From assembly GCA_043778145.1 (NCBI GenBank), contig JAYWGR010000002.1:28519-92518 (forward strand): a DNA stretch of 64,000 bases, read 5' to 3'. The notes below the pieces were generated by a model, which was not told the DNA's origin, ran no database searches, and saw only the letters and a program-made list of their open reading frames with translations. The translations under genes were made by a program, and so were the position numbers. Below, piece by piece: positions 49,375 to 59,498 of this stretch. The stretch comes from Rhizobacter sp. GTDB lineage: Bacteria > Pseudomonadota > Gammaproteobacteria > Burkholderiales > Burkholderiaceae_C. Each line of letters opens with the position of its first letter. The stretch's first letter is position 1.

Positions 49375-50310
49375 TCAGCGCGGTGGGAGCAGCCGAGCCG
49401 GATCGACCGGCTTGCCGAGCTTGCGAATTTCGAAATGCAGTTGAACCTTGTCAGCGTCGGTCGCGCCCATCTCGGCGATCTTCTGGCCGCGCTTGACGTT
49501 TTGGTCTTCCTTGACGAGCAGCAACTGGTTGTGCGCGTAGGCGGTGAGATAGGTGTTGTTGTGCTTCAAGATCACGAGATTGCCGTAGCCGCGCAAGCCC
49601 GATCCGGCATAGACCACCCGCCCATCGGCAGCAGCAAGAACCGGGTCGCCAGCCTTGCCAGCGAAGACGAGGCCCTTGACCTTTCCTTCTTCAAACGGCG
49701 CCGAGACGGGCGCGCTTGCAGGCCAGGACCAATTGACATCGTCATCACCACCCTTAGCGACAACCGGCTCCACGGGCGGCGGTGTTGGCGGCATCGCTTG
49801 CGGAGGCGGCAACACCGGTGTGCCACTCGCTGCGGGCGCCGAGGCCTTTGCCTCCAGCGGGCGCGAATCAACCTTGGCCGTGCCCACACCGCGTGTCGAC
49901 GCTGCGGTCGGATCGGTGCCGGGTGCGACCACGCGCAAGACCTGGCCGACTTCAATGACGTTCGGCTTGTCGAGCGAGTTCCAGCGAACCAAGTCTTTCC
50001 AGTTCTGCCCGTTGTCGAGCCCAATGCGAATCAGCGTATCGCCCGGCTTGACGGTGTAGTAGCCGGGCTTGCCCGCGTTCTCAGCACCCGGCAGTGGCTT
50101 AAGCGGCGCAGCGTCTGACGCGGCCGATGCCGCGGCACTGGCCTGCGGCAATGCAGATCGCGGCACGCCTGCCCGATCTTCAACAGGGGCCCGATTGGGA
50201 GTGCTATTGCATGCTGCCAACACCATCAACAGCACCGTCAATGGCGCCATCATTCCGGTGCGCACCAACGACTTCGCGACACCGTGACTACTCGATCCGA
50301 TCACCAACAT
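49375..50310 (-). CDS. nlpD: NlpD-like lipoprotein (LysM + M23 peptidase domains)
   Basis: Lipobox …LMVLAAC, a LysM segment (YTVKPGDTLIRIGLDNGQNWKDLVRWNSL) and a C-terminal M23 segment (…YGNLVILKHNNTYLTAYAHN…VKRGQKIAEMG…). The start is ambiguous, lying between 50253 and 50328. Confidence 0.75.
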   Translation of the reverse strand: MLVIGSSSHGVAKSLVRTGMMAPLTVLLMVLAACNSTPNRAPVEDRAGVPRSALPQASAAASAASDAAPLKPLPGAENAGKPGYYTVKPGDTLIRIGLDNGQNWKDLVRWNSLDKPNVIEVGQVLRVVAPGTDPTAASTRGVGTAKVDSRPLEAKASAPAASGTPVLPPPQAMPPTPPPVEPVVAKGGDDDVNWSWPASAPVSAPFEEGKVKGLVFAGKAGDPVLAAADGRVVYAGSGLRGYGNLVILKHNNTYLTAYAHNQLLLVKEDQNVKRGQKIAEMGATDADKVQLHFEIRKLGKPVDPARLLPPR

Positions 50311-50324
50311 GCAGGCTTCATCCC

Positions 50325-51116
50325 TCATCCAACGAGCCCTGATTTTAGAGGGACGAAATGCACCGCCTCGTGAACCGTTTGCTGCAAGCCGGCTTCTGTG
50401 CGGTCGATGACCATCAACACTTGCCGGCCCGTTGGCCCATCGCGCACCGGCGAAACGAGCCGGCCGCCGACTGCGAGCTGATCGAACCACGCAGTCGGCA
50501 AGGCATCGCCACCAGCGGCGGCGATGATGCTGTCGTAAGGCGCATTGGGCGCGTGGCCGAGCATGCCGTCGCCGTAGATCAAGCGCAGATTGGTGGGCCG
50601 CAAGCAGGCGAGCAACTCGCGTGCTTTGTCATGCAAAGCTTTCAGGCGCTCGACCGAATACACCTGCTTGGCAAGCACCGCAAGCACCGCAGCTTGATAG
50701 CCGCAGCCGGTGCCGATTTCCAGTGTGCGGCCGAGCGAGCCGCTCGAACGCGCCTGCGCGCTGGCCATCAGCAGCTCGATCATCCGCGCAACGACCGAAG
50801 GCTTCGAAATGGTCTGGCCGTGGCCGATGGGCAAGCTTGTGTCTTCGTAGGCCTGCGTCACCAGCGCGGTATCGATGAAGCGGTGGCGTGGCACCTGGGC
50901 CATGGCGTCGAGCACGGCCGCGTTCATCACGCCGCCCGCACGCAGCCGTTGAACCATGCGCTGACGAACGTCGGCGGAGTCGAGCCCATGGCCGGGTGAT
51001 GAAGGCACCGCAGCCGCTTTGCTCCGCGCAGGTTCAGTGGGTTTGTCGCGCGCTGTTGTGGTGACGCGGTCGAGTTGAAGCGGGAACTTGCGAGCCGGCG
51101 GTGCGGGCGGATTCAT
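50325..51116 (-). CDS. pcm: protein-L-isoaspartate O-methyltransferase with N-terminal extension
   Basis: The methyltransferase core (…[34 protein letters not shown]…) is preceded by a ~60-aa basic/Pro-rich extension. The start chosen is the ATGA overlap with the surE stop. Confidence 0.8.
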   Translation of the reverse strand: MNPPAPPARKFPLQLDRVTTTARDKPTEPARSKAAAVPSSPGHGLDSADVRQRMVQRLRAGGVMNAAVLDAMAQVPRHRFIDTALVTQAYEDTSLPIGHGQTISKPSVVARMIELLMASAQARSSGSLGRTLEIGTGCGYQAAVLAVLAKQVYSVERLKALHDKARELLACLRPTNLRLIYGDGMLGHAPNAPYDSIIAAAGGDALPTAWFDQLAVGGRLVSPVRDGPTGRQVLMVIDRTEAGLQQTVHEAVHFVPLKSGLVG

Positions 51117-51868
51117 GTGGCGGCCGTACCCAGCCAGGCGCTCCAATCGGCCAGGGTCGAATGCTCGGTCAGGTCGACTTGCAAAGGTGTGATCGAAACC
51201 TGCCCGTTGGCGGTTGCATGAAAGTCGGTTCCCGGGCCAGCTTCGCGGGCATCGCCTGCGGGGCCGATCCAGTACATCGTGTCACCTCGTGGGCTGGCTT
51301 GGCGAATCAACGGCTCGCTGGCGTGGCGGCGGCCGAGGCGTGTCACCACGCGGGGCAACTGTGCCGCATCGGCCCGGTTCGGAATGTTGACGTTGAGCAG
51401 CCAAGGCGCACGAACGGGCGGCCGGCTGAGCACTTCTTCGATCACCGATCGGGCCACCGCCGCAGCAGCATCGAGCTCGCCCCAGCCGCGATCTGCCTGC
51501 GAGAACGCAATCGCCGGGATGCCGAAAAGATAGCCTTCCATCGCCGCAGCCACGGTGCCGGAGTAGAGCGTGTCATCGCCCATGTTGGCGCCGTTGTTGA
51601 TGCCCGATACCACCAGATCAGGCCGATGACCCAGCACGCCGGTGAGCGCCAGATGCACGCAGTCAGACGGCGTGCCGTTCACATACCGGTAGCCATTGCT
51701 TGCGGTGAAGACCGACAGCGGCCGGTGCAAGGTCAGCGAGTTGGAAGTGCCACTCGCGTTCTGCTCAGGCGCGACCACGTCGAGCTCGCCAAGGCCTTCG
51801 CAAGCCTTGACCAATGCCGCCAATCCGGGGGCGAGATAACCGTCGTCGTTGGCGATGAGGATGCGCAT
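51113..51868 (-). CDS. surE: 5'/3'-nucleotidase SurE
   Basis: Starts [16 protein letters not shown]…[25 protein letters not shown]. 251 aa. Only the C-terminal portion of the 430-aa track ORF is real. Confidence 0.9.
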   Translation of the reverse strand: MRILIANDDGYLAPGLAALVKACEGLGELDVVAPEQNASGTSNSLTLHRPLSVFTASNGYRYVNGTPSDCVHLALTGVLGHRPDLVVSGINNGANMGDDTLYSGTVAAAMEGYLFGIPAIAFSQADRGWGELDAAAAVARSVIEEVLSRPPVRAPWLLNVNIPNRADAAQLPRVVTRLGRRHASEPLIRQASPRGDTMYWIGPAGDAREAGPGTDFHATANGQVSITPLQVDLTEHSTLADWSAWLGTAAT

Positions 51869-51991
51869 CGAAACATTGTATGGACTCGTTAGCGGAGTCG
51901 GGAGCGGGTCACCATGGAGACTGTCATCGGCCAGTCTGCTGCCTATGATCTTTGCACCGCACCGCCGCAACAACCCTGCAGGAGAACCACC

Positions 51992-52969
51992 ATGCACGCT
52001 TGGCTTTGTGAGAACCCGATCGGCATTGACGCCGTGACCTGGAAAGAGTTGCCAACCCCCGAGCCCCAAGCTGGCGAGGTGCTGATCGCCATTCGTGCTG
52101 CCAGCCTCAACTTTCCTGACCTGTTGATCGTGCAGAACAAGTACCAGATGAAGCCGCCATTGCCCTTCGTGCCGGGCTCGGAGTTTGCGGGCGTGGTGGA
52201 GGCCGTGGGTGCCGGCGTGACGCACGTGAAGCCGGGCGACTCGGTCGCCGCATTCGCGGGCACGGGCGGCTTTGCGACGCATGCTTGCGTCAGCGGTGCA
52301 GCCGTTGTGCCGTTGCCGCTCGGCTTTGACTTTGTCGATGCGGCGGCCTTCGTTCTCACCTACGGCACCACGCACCACGCGCTGCTTGACCGCGGCGCAT
52401 TGCAAGCAGGCGAGACGGTGCTTGTGCTCGGTGCAGCAGGCGGTGTGGGCACCGCTGCGATACAGATCGCCAAAGCGGCCGGCGCAACCGTGATCGCTGC
52501 GGCTTCAAGCGACGAGAAGTGCGCCCTTTGCCGAGAGATAGGCGCTGACGCAACGATCAACTACAGCACCGCTAAGCTGCGCGACGAACTCAAAGCGCTC
52601 ACCGCTGGCAACGGGCCCGACGTCGTCTATGACCCCGTCGGCGGCGATCTCGCTGAACCCGTGTTTCGCTCGATCGCGTGGCGCGGCCGCTATCTGGTGA
52701 TCGGCTTTGCGCAAGGCGGTATTCCCTCGCTGCCGTTGAATCTTCCGTTGCTCAAGGGGGCTTCGCTCGTCGGCGTGTTTTGGGGCGAGTTCGTGCGCCG
52801 CGAGCCCACAGCCAACGCTGCGATGATGAAAGAGCTCGCGCGGCTCTATGCCGCAGGCAAGGTCAAACCGATCATTGACCAGCGCATGCCGATGACCGAA
52901 CTCAAAGCCGCGTTTGCACGAATGGGCAGCCGCCAGGTCAAGGGCAAATTGGTGATGACCAACCTTTAG
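51992..52969 (+). CDS. qor: NADPH:quinone oxidoreductase (zinc-type ADH/MDR superfamily)
   Basis: MDR-family Rossmann motif …[27 protein letters not shown]…. RBS GGAGAAC lies before the ATG at 51992. Confidence 0.8.
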   Translation: MHAWLCENPIGIDAVTWKELPTPEPQAGEVLIAIRAASLNFPDLLIVQNKYQMKPPLPFVPGSEFAGVVEAVGAGVTHVKPGDSVAAFAGTGGFATHACVSGAAVVPLPLGFDFVDAAAFVLTYGTTHHALLDRGALQAGETVLVLGAAGGVGTAAIQIAKAAGATVIAAASSDEKCALCREIGADATINYSTAKLRDELKALTAGNGPDVVYDPVGGDLAEPVFRSIAWRGRYLVIGFAQGGIPSLPLNLPLLKGASLVGVFWGEFVRREPTANAAMMKELARLYAAGKVKPIIDQRMPMTELKAAFARMGSRQVKGKLVMTNL

Positions 52970-52994
52970 CCGCGTGCGGGTGATGGGCGAGTGA

Positions 52995-53060
52995 ACTTGG
53001 ACGCGTTAGGCGAGTCAATGGGCGAGGCAAAAAGCGAGGGAATAGGCGAGGCAATAAGCG
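52995..53060 (+). promoter_or_regulatory. five direct GGCGAG(G) repeats spaced ~11-12 bp apart (helically phased) upstream of the LuxR-type regulator gene
   Basis: The repeats start at 52995, 53018, 53030, 53043 and 53054. The region is AT-richer than the surroundings. Confidence 0.35.
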
Positions 53061-53184
53061 TTTAGCGAAGACTCTTATGACGCCGCCAACTGGGCGCCGA
53101 GTAACTGCAAACGAGCCCGTGGATGAGGCTGCTTTCGATGATGAGTGCGCTACTATCCCCAGCTTCAACTCGGGTCAGCGAAGC

Positions 53185-53943
53185 ATGCCAGTCAAGGTAC
53201 TCATCGTCGAAGATAACCCGGTCGCGCGCAGCTTCTTGACGCGCGTGGTTCGCGAGAGTTTCAGCGACGCGTTGGTCATCACCGAGGCCGGCGATCTGGA
53301 AACCGCTCGCCGCCAGATCGGCCCGCTCATCGAAGGCCAAACGCCCGACGACCCCTACAAGCTCGCGCTCGTTGACCTTGAACTGCCCGACGGCAACGGC
53401 ATGGAATTGCTTGCCGAGATGGTCAACTACCCGGCAACCAAAATCGTCACCACGCTCTATTCAGACGACGACCACCTCTTCCCCGCACTGCAATGCGGTG
53501 CCGACGGCTACTTGCTGAAAGAAGACCGATTCGAAGTTCTCGTTGAAGAGTTGCAAAAGATCGTGCGCGGCCAGCCGCCACTCTCACCAGCCATCGCCCG
53601 CCGGCTCTTAACCCACTTTAGGCAAAGCCCGAGCGTTGCCGGGACCACCACGAGCGGCAGCAGCCCTGCAGCGACGAGTGGGCCGGTGCCGTTGTCTGGC
53701 CTGCAAAGCAGCCGCGTGCCGCTGGGCGGCAAAGGCGCGCCGATCGATCACGAGCGCCTCACCCCGCGCGAAAGCGAAGTGCTGACATACCTCAGCAAAG
53801 GCTTCACGATCAAAGAAATCGCCAGCCTGATGGGCATCAAGTGGTTCACCGTCAACGACCACATCAAGTCGATCTACAAGAAGCTCAACGTATCGAGCCG
53901 CGCTGAAGCAGCCGTTTTGGCGAGCAAGCAAGGCTTGGTCTAG
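53185..53943 (+). CDS. two-component response regulator, NarL/FixJ (LuxR-HTH) family, with a long Ser/Thr/Pro-rich interdomain linker
   Basis: Receiver domain (MPVKVLIVEDNPVAR…LALVDLELPDGNG…) and C-terminal LuxR HTH (…LTPRESEVLTYLSKGFTIKEIASLMGIKWFTVNDHIKSIYKKLNV…). Confidence 0.8.
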   Translation: MPVKVLIVEDNPVARSFLTRVVRESFSDALVITEAGDLETARRQIGPLIEGQTPDDPYKLALVDLELPDGNGMELLAEMVNYPATKIVTTLYSDDDHLFPALQCGADGYLLKEDRFEVLVEELQKIVRGQPPLSPAIARRLLTHFRQSPSVAGTTTSGSSPAATSGPVPLSGLQSSRVPLGGKGAPIDHERLTPRESEVLTYLSKGFTIKEIASLMGIKWFTVNDHIKSIYKKLNVSSRAEAAVLASKQGLV

Positions 53944-53950
53944 CGGCCGA

Positions 53951-56212
53951 ATGCACGAAGAGGCGGCCGGATCAAGCCGCGGCGGTTTCGCCGCCGATTC
54001 ACGATTCGACAACGCGCTCGACGAGCCGAAGCCGCTCGCAGGCTCGGCATCCTCACGTTGGATGGGCTGGCGCTTGCGGCTGTTGGTGGCGCTCTCGTTG
54101 CTCGGCTGCCTGTGCATCATGGCGATGGTGGCGAGCGTTGCCGGTTGGCCGGTGATCGACGCGACTTGGCGCGACGCCGCTGGCAAGGTCGAGCTGGCGA
54201 GCAGCGCCAACGCCGATCTGCAAGCGCTGCGCGGCCACACGCTTGCCGCCATCGGTGGCGCCGCCAACACCAAGGCCGCGCCCACTGTGGCGATTGACGC
54301 CAGCGCGCTGCAGCGTTCCATGCGTTGGCTGATCGACGATGACGAGCGGGCTCACCTCGTCGTACTCCACCGCCAACTCGCAGCCTTGCTCGATGCGCCG
54401 CAGGTGAGCCTGTCTTTCTCTGACGGCACCGTGCATGTGGCCACTCCGCAGCGCAGCGGCCTGGCACGCTTGCCCGTGCTCTTCTGGCTTCTCTCGACGC
54501 TCGTGCTCGGGCTCTATCTGGTGGCGATGGTCGTGGTTCTCGCGCAGCCCTCCGTGCGCAACCTGCTCTACGCGGTGATGGCGTGCTGCCAGGCCGGCAA
54601 CCTCGTGTTCGTCGCGATCGAGATGGCCTTCGAGCTCGGTCAGCCCGCCCTCTTCACGCAGTTCGACATGCCGGTGCGCGCCACGCTCGACCTCGTCACT
54701 GCGGCTGCGATCGTGCATGCCGCGAGCCTGCATCCGCGCCGCCTGCCGGGCTGGGGTTGGATTTCAATGGGCGCGTGGGGTGCTGCGTTGTTGTTGACGG
54801 CGCTCGTCGTCAGTGGTGTGGCGGGCGCTTGGTGGTGGGTGCAGGGCGGCGTGGCCGGCCTCGGGCTGGCGGCGATTGGCCTCTTGAGCTGGTCGTACCG
54901 CATCGAGCCTCACCCTGTTGCCATCATGCTGCGCCGCTTCGGTGTCATTGCGGTGGGCACCTGGATGTTGCTGACAGTGGCCGTGGCAGCCACACCGCAC
55001 TTGACGGACATGCCGCAAAGCATTGCGGCGATCGGCTCGATGGTCTGGTATGTCTTTCTCGGCTCACTGCTGATGCTCGTGCCCTTTCTTGCCAAGTCGC
55101 ACTTGGTGATGCGGGAGTTCTCGCTGCTCGCAGCAATCAGCACCATCGCAACCGCGCTCGATCTTCTTTTTGTCGCTGTGTTCTCGCTCGGCCAATTTGC
55201 CTCGTTGACGCTCTCGCTCTTCATTTCGCTCGCCGTGTATTCCGGCATCCGGCAATGGGTGATGACGCAGTTGCTCGGCACCGGCATGCTGACCACCGAG
55301 CGCATGTTCGAGCAGCTCTACCGCATTGCGCGCGAGGTTGAGCTGCACCCGGAGCGCACGCCGGCCCTGCTCTCGATGCTGCTGCGCCAGTTGTTCGAGC
55401 CCATGGAGGCGCGCATCGTCGACCGCGAAAGCACCTCCACCCGCATCGCGGGCGATGGCTCCACGCTGCTCGTGCCGGTGCCGCACCTCACTGGCGAGAT
55501 CGACCCCACGCGCACCTCGATCATCATGCGATTTGCGCAGCGCGGCCGGCGCCTCTTCACGCCTGACGATGCTCGGCTCACCGACCGCATCGTCGAGCAA
55601 TTGCGCCGCGCGGTGGCCTTCGACCAAGCGGTGGAGCAAGGCCGCAAAGAGGAGCGGCTGCGCATTGCACAAGACTTGCACGATGACATCGGCGCCCGGC
55701 TTTTGACGCTGATGTACAAGGCCCAGTCGCCAGAGATGGAAGACTACTTGCGCCACACGCTGCAGGATCTGAAAACGCTCACGCGCGGCCTCGCAGCATC
55801 GAATCACCGGCTCTCGCACTCAGCCGCCGAATGGAAGGCCGACTTGACGGCGCGGCTCACCGCGGCGCAGATCGAGCTGAAGTGGTCAGTCAACTTTGAT
55901 GACGATGTGCTGCTGACGGTGGTGCATTGGTCGGCGATCACGCGGGTGCTGCGCGAACTGGTGAGCAACGCGATCGCGCATGCGCAGGCCGAGAAGGTGG
56001 CCATCGAGATGGGCCTGCACAAAAACCGCTTCGAGCTGACCGTGACCGACAACGGCGTTGGCCGCAATCCGGGCGAGTGGTCACATGGGCTGGGCTTGGG
56101 GGGCGTGCGCAAGCGCGTGAAGCAGCTTGGCGGCCAGGTCGAGTGGCATGAGGTGTCGCCTCGGGGCATCGGCTGCCGAGTCGTGATTCGAGTGTTCAAC
56201 GGCGCGGTATGA
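53951..56212 (+). CDS. sensor histidine kinase with N-terminal periplasmic domain plus 7-TM region (7TMR-DISM-like) and NarX/UhpB-type HisKA_3 + HATPase core
   Basis: Multiple TM segments between ~aa 170-400. H-box …ERLRIAQDLHDDIGARLLTL…. ATPase region …ELVSNAIAHAQAEKVAIEM…VTDNGVG…GLGLGGVRKRVKQLGG…. Confidence 0.8.
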   Translation: MHEEAAGSSRGGFAADSRFDNALDEPKPLAGSASSRWMGWRLRLLVALSLLGCLCIMAMVASVAGWPVIDATWRDAAGKVELASSANADLQALRGHTLAAIGGAANTKAAPTVAIDASALQRSMRWLIDDDERAHLVVLHRQLAALLDAPQVSLSFSDGTVHVATPQRSGLARLPVLFWLLSTLVLGLYLVAMVVVLAQPSVRNLLYAVMACCQAGNLVFVAIEMAFELGQPALFTQFDMPVRATLDLVTAAAIVHAASLHPRRLPGWGWISMGAWGAALLLTALVVSGVAGAWWWVQGGVAGLGLAAIGLLSWSYRIEPHPVAIMLRRFGVIAVGTWMLLTVAVAATPHLTDMPQSIAAIGSMVWYVFLGSLLMLVPFLAKSHLVMREFSLLAAISTIATALDLLFVAVFSLGQFASLTLSLFISLAVYSGIRQWVMTQLLGTGMLTTERMFEQLYRIAREVELHPERTPALLSMLLRQLFEPMEARIVDRESTSTRIAGDGSTLLVPVPHLTGEIDPTRTSIIMRFAQRGRRLFTPDDARLTDRIVEQLRRAVAFDQAVEQGRKEERLRIAQDLHDDIGARLLTLMYKAQSPEMEDYLRHTLQDLKTLTRGLAASNHRLSHSAAEWKADLTARLTAAQIELKWSVNFDDDVLLTVVHWSAITRVLRELVSNAIAHAQAEKVAIEMGLHKNRFELTVTDNGVGRNPGEWSHGLGLGGVRKRVKQLGGQVEWHEVSPRGIGCRVVIRVFNGAV

Positions 56213-57474
56213 CTGCCCACGTTGACAGCGCGCAGGCAAGCTTGCTGACCACGCCATCGCAGCCGCCTCCAACCGGCGCGATTTTGCTGCTCGCGGCCGC
56301 CGCTTTCGCGAGCGGCTTGTCGCTGCGGCTGACTGATCCGCTGTTGCCCCAATTGGTGGCCGAATTCGGCATCACGCTCGCCCAAGCCTCGCACGTGGTC
56401 ACGGCGTTCTCTGTTGCCTACGGCCTCTCGCAGCTCTTCTTCGGCCCGCTCGGTGACCGCTACGGCAAGTACCGCGTGGTCGCCTGGGCCTGCGGCGCCT
56501 CATCGCTCACGGCCCTGCTCTGCGGCCTCGCACCGGGGTTTGACTCGTTGGTCGGCGCGCGGCTGATGGCGGGCGCCACGGCCGCGGCGATCATTCCGCT
56601 GTCGATGGCATGGATCGGCGATGTCGTGCCGTATGAGATTCGCCAGCCAGTGATCGCCCGCTTCCTCGTCGGGCAAATTCTTGGCATCTCGACCGGCGTG
56701 CTGGTTGGCGGCCTCGCCGCCGATCACCTCGGGCGGCACCTGCCGTTCTTCGCGCTCGCAGCGCTTTTCGCTGGGCTCGGGCTTGCGCTGGCAGCGCTGA
56801 ACAAGCGCCTGCCCGCCAGCGCCACGACAACCTCCACGCACGCCGATGGCCCACTGCTGCGCCGCATGGCGCGCGAGTTCAGCGCGGTGCTCGCCAAGCC
56901 GTGGGCGCGTGTGGTGCTGCTGACGGTATTTTTCGAAGGTGCAGCGCTCTACGGCGCGTTTGCATTCATTGCAACGCACCTGCACCGGGCGTTCGGTCTG
57001 TCGCTGGTGGCGGCCGGCTCGGTGGTGATGCTTTTCGGCCTCGGCGGCGTGCTCTTCGCCGCGATGGCGCAATGGCTGGTGATGCGCCTGGGCGAAGCTG
57101 GTGTGGCGGGCTGGGGCGGCAGCTTGATGGCGCTTTCGTTGTTGGCGATTGCCGTCGGCCCGGCGTGGTGGTGGGCCCTGCCCGCCTGCTTTGTGCTCGG
57201 CTTGGGCTTCTACATGTTCCACAACACGCTGCAGACCAACGCCACGCAGATGGCACCAGAGCGCCGCGGCGCCGCGGTGGCGGCATTCGCATCGGCCTTC
57301 TTCCTTGGGCAATCGGCCGGGGTGGCCTGCGCCGGGCTCATCGTCGGGTGGAGCGGCACGCGTCTGGTGATGGCGCTGGGTGCAGCGGGCTTGCTCGGCT
57401 TGGGGCTTAACTTCAGCCGGCTGCGCCGCGCCTCGCAGCGCGTGACCGTGGCGCCGGCTGCGTCAGCCGATTGA
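56209..57474 (+). CDS. MFS transporter
   Basis: 12-TM protein with MFS motifs (…GPLGDRYGKYRV…). Its start overlaps the kinase stop. Confidence 0.8.
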   Translation: MTAHVDSAQASLLTTPSQPPPTGAILLLAAAAFASGLSLRLTDPLLPQLVAEFGITLAQASHVVTAFSVAYGLSQLFFGPLGDRYGKYRVVAWACGASSLTALLCGLAPGFDSLVGARLMAGATAAAIIPLSMAWIGDVVPYEIRQPVIARFLVGQILGISTGVLVGGLAADHLGRHLPFFALAALFAGLGLALAALNKRLPASATTTSTHADGPLLRRMAREFSAVLAKPWARVVLLTVFFEGAALYGAFAFIATHLHRAFGLSLVAAGSVVMLFGLGGVLFAAMAQWLVMRLGEAGVAGWGGSLMALSLLAIAVGPAWWWALPACFVLGLGFYMFHNTLQTNATQMAPERRGAAVAAFASAFFLGQSAGVACAGLIVGWSGTRLVMALGAAGLLGLGLNFSRLRRASQRVTVAPAASAD

Positions 57475-57480
57475 CTCGCT

Positions 57481-57939
57481 TCAGCCTTGCTTGCCGAACT
57501 TCCGCACCAAGCCTTCAATCGCCAGCACGTAGCCGTGCACGCCAAAGCCGATCACGATGCCGGCCGCGGCTGGCGAGACGAACGAGTAATGCCGAAACGA
57601 CTCGCGCGCATGAACGTTCGAAATGTGGACTTCGATCACCGGCACTTCCGCGCCCTTGATCGCATCGTGCAGCGCGATCGAGGTGTGCGTGTAAGCACCG
57701 GGATTCATCACGACGCCAAGCACGCTGCCCTCTTTCACGCCGCGGCCGGCTTCGTGCAACGCATCGATGAGCACACCTTCGTGGTTGCTCTGCCGGCAAT
57801 CGATCTCGAAGCCCGCTTGGGCTGCGGCTTCGGCACAAAGGCGCTCGACATCGGCCAGCGTGTCGCTGCCATATTGCTCGGGCTCGCGCTGCCCCAGCAG
57901 GTTCAGATTCGGGCCGTTCAGGACGATGATCTTGGGCAT
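57481..57939 (-). CDS. aroQ: 3-dehydroquinate dehydratase type II
   Basis: Starts [24 protein letters not shown]…[12 protein letters not shown]…. 152 aa. The track ORF carries a spurious TTG extension. Confidence 0.9.
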   Translation of the reverse strand: MPKIIVLNGPNLNLLGQREPEQYGSDTLADVERLCAEAAAQAGFEIDCRQSNHEGVLIDALHEAGRGVKEGSVLGVVMNPGAYTHTSIALHDAIKGAEVPVIEVHISNVHARESFRHYSFVSPAAAGIVIGFGVHGYVLAIEGLVRKFGKQG

Positions 57940-57989
57940 GGCGAGTCTCCAGCGAGGTCTGAGGTTTTGGCCGCATTCTCCGCGCTGGT

Positions 57990-59498
57990 TCAACGCATCG
58001 CGGTGGAGTCGCGCTTCCAGGCGGCATCGGTCCAGCGGTTGAATGCACCCAACACGCTCGGCTCCGAGGCTTGCCGCTCGGCAGTCAACGTGTCGAGCTT
58101 CAGCACCTCAAAGCGGCGCAAGGTTCGGCCTTCGGCGATGGCCTCGCGCGCCACCAGCATTTGCTGCCCGCCGGGCACCCAGCCGGCGAACTCGGCATAG
58201 CCGACGCCAGGCGCGGCGGCGTTCGGCGGCAGCACGTTGACCGACCATTCATTCGCGTCTTTTCTGAACACCCACAGCTCGCGCCAGCCATCGACCGGTT
58301 GCACCGCCAACGCCAAGGCTGTTCGTTCGCGGTTTGACGTGCTGGACGCCACCCACGCGATGCCCCAAGTGCAGCGCTGAGCAAGTGCAGCCGAGCCGGG
58401 CTGATGCGAGTCTGTCAGCGAGACGCAGGTTTGGCCGTCGTCAGTTCGCGTCGTCGTGATGGCGAGCCCTGGGCTTGGCGTGGTGAGTGGGGTTGCCGCC
58501 CAGCGCACCGCGTTCACGCGCATCGCGGCTTCGTTGAACCGAACAAGATCGTCGTCGGCAAGATCGGTCTTGGTGACCGCCGCCAGCTCACGAAGCGCAC
58601 GGTCGGCTGCGGCTTGCGCGGCCAATGCATCACCTCGGCGAGCGCGTGCGAATGCAAGGCTGCTCCAGACCGCCGCGCGGCGAGCTGCCACGCGGTTCTT
58701 CCAGTGCGCCGGGAGCGCCGCATCGCCCGCGTTGCTGGCGCGATCAAGCACCTCGGCGCGCCAGTTGTCAGCCTCTTCGCGCACGCGCGGCGTGGCGGCT
58801 GAATCAAGACACTCGGGCCGGGTGAGTGCGAGCGCCGCGCGGGCGCGCTGCTCGCTGTTCGCCTGCTTCATCGCAAGCAAGCGGCGATAGGCCTCGCCGT
58901 CATAGCAAAGCAGCACGCGGCCATCCGCTTCGCGACTTTGAAAGCGCACGCCTTGGCGTGCGGCGATGTCGAGGTGGGCGGTCAATGCGGCTTGGTCTTG
59001 CGCACGCGGCGGCGCACCGGCCGACGCGCGAGCGGCAAGGCGCTCGGCTTGCTGGCCGATCGCATCGAGCAGCTCAGCGCCTGCCGACTCGGCAAGCATC
59101 GAAGCCGGCGCTGCCTGCAGTGCGGCGGAGGCGAGGCCCAGACCGAAGGCTTCGGCGCCAGGCTGATCGCGCACATAGCGCAGCACCGCCATCAGATCGC
59201 GTGCGGCCGCCTCATCGCTGCCAACTGCCATCACCTGGCTCTTGCGCACATAGCCGCCGCGCTCGCGCCCGTGATCCCAGACCTGCAAATAGTCGCCTCG
59301 CTCGCCGCGGAGTTCAAGCGTGTCGCCGCGCCAGAGCGTGGTCAGCACTGGAGCCGTGTCATTGGCCGCCCCGCGCAAGGCTGTGGGGTCTTGCGTGACG
59401 AGCCCTGTGCCGGCTTGGGCCGACACCGTGAAGCACGCTGAAGCAAGCGCAAGCGCCATGGTCGACAGCACCGTGCAGAAAATTTGAGCCATGATCAT
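57990..59498 (-). CDS. hypothetical secreted/periplasmic protein (502 aa), Ala/Arg-rich, with a possible SH3b-like N-terminal segment
   Basis: Signal peptide (…[19 protein letters not shown]). I recognise no family. Codon usage is consistent with the genome. It overlaps the upstream SPFH gene by 4 nt. Confidence 0.5.
   Translation of the reverse strand: MIMAQIFCTVLSTMALALASACFTVSAQAGTGLVTQDPTALRGAANDTAPVLTTLWRGDTLELRGERGDYLQVWDHGRERGGYVRKSQVMAVGSDEAAARDLMAVLRYVRDQPGAEAFGLGLASAALQAAPASMLAESAGAELLDAIGQQAERLAARASAGAPPRAQDQAALTAHLDIAARQGVRFQSREADGRVLLCYDGEAYRRLLAMKQANSEQRARAALALTRPECLDSAATPRVREEADNWRAEVLDRASNAGDAALPAHWKNRVAARRAAVWSSLAFARARRGDALAAQAAADRALRELAAVTKTDLADDDLVRFNEAAMRVNAVRWAATPLTTPSPGLAITTTRTDDGQTCVSLTDSHQPGSAALAQRCTWGIAWVASSTSNRERTALALAVQPVDGWRELWVFRKDANEWSVNVLPPNAAAPGVGYAEFAGWVPGGQQMLVAREAIAEGRTLRRFEVLKLDTLTAERQASEPSVLGAFNRWTDAAWKRDSTAMR

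Noticed and set aside
51113-52405. 430-aa ORF in the track
   Set aside because: Only the C-terminal 251 aa (from [10 protein letters not shown] at 51868) is SurE. The upstream part is an open-frame extension with no start context.
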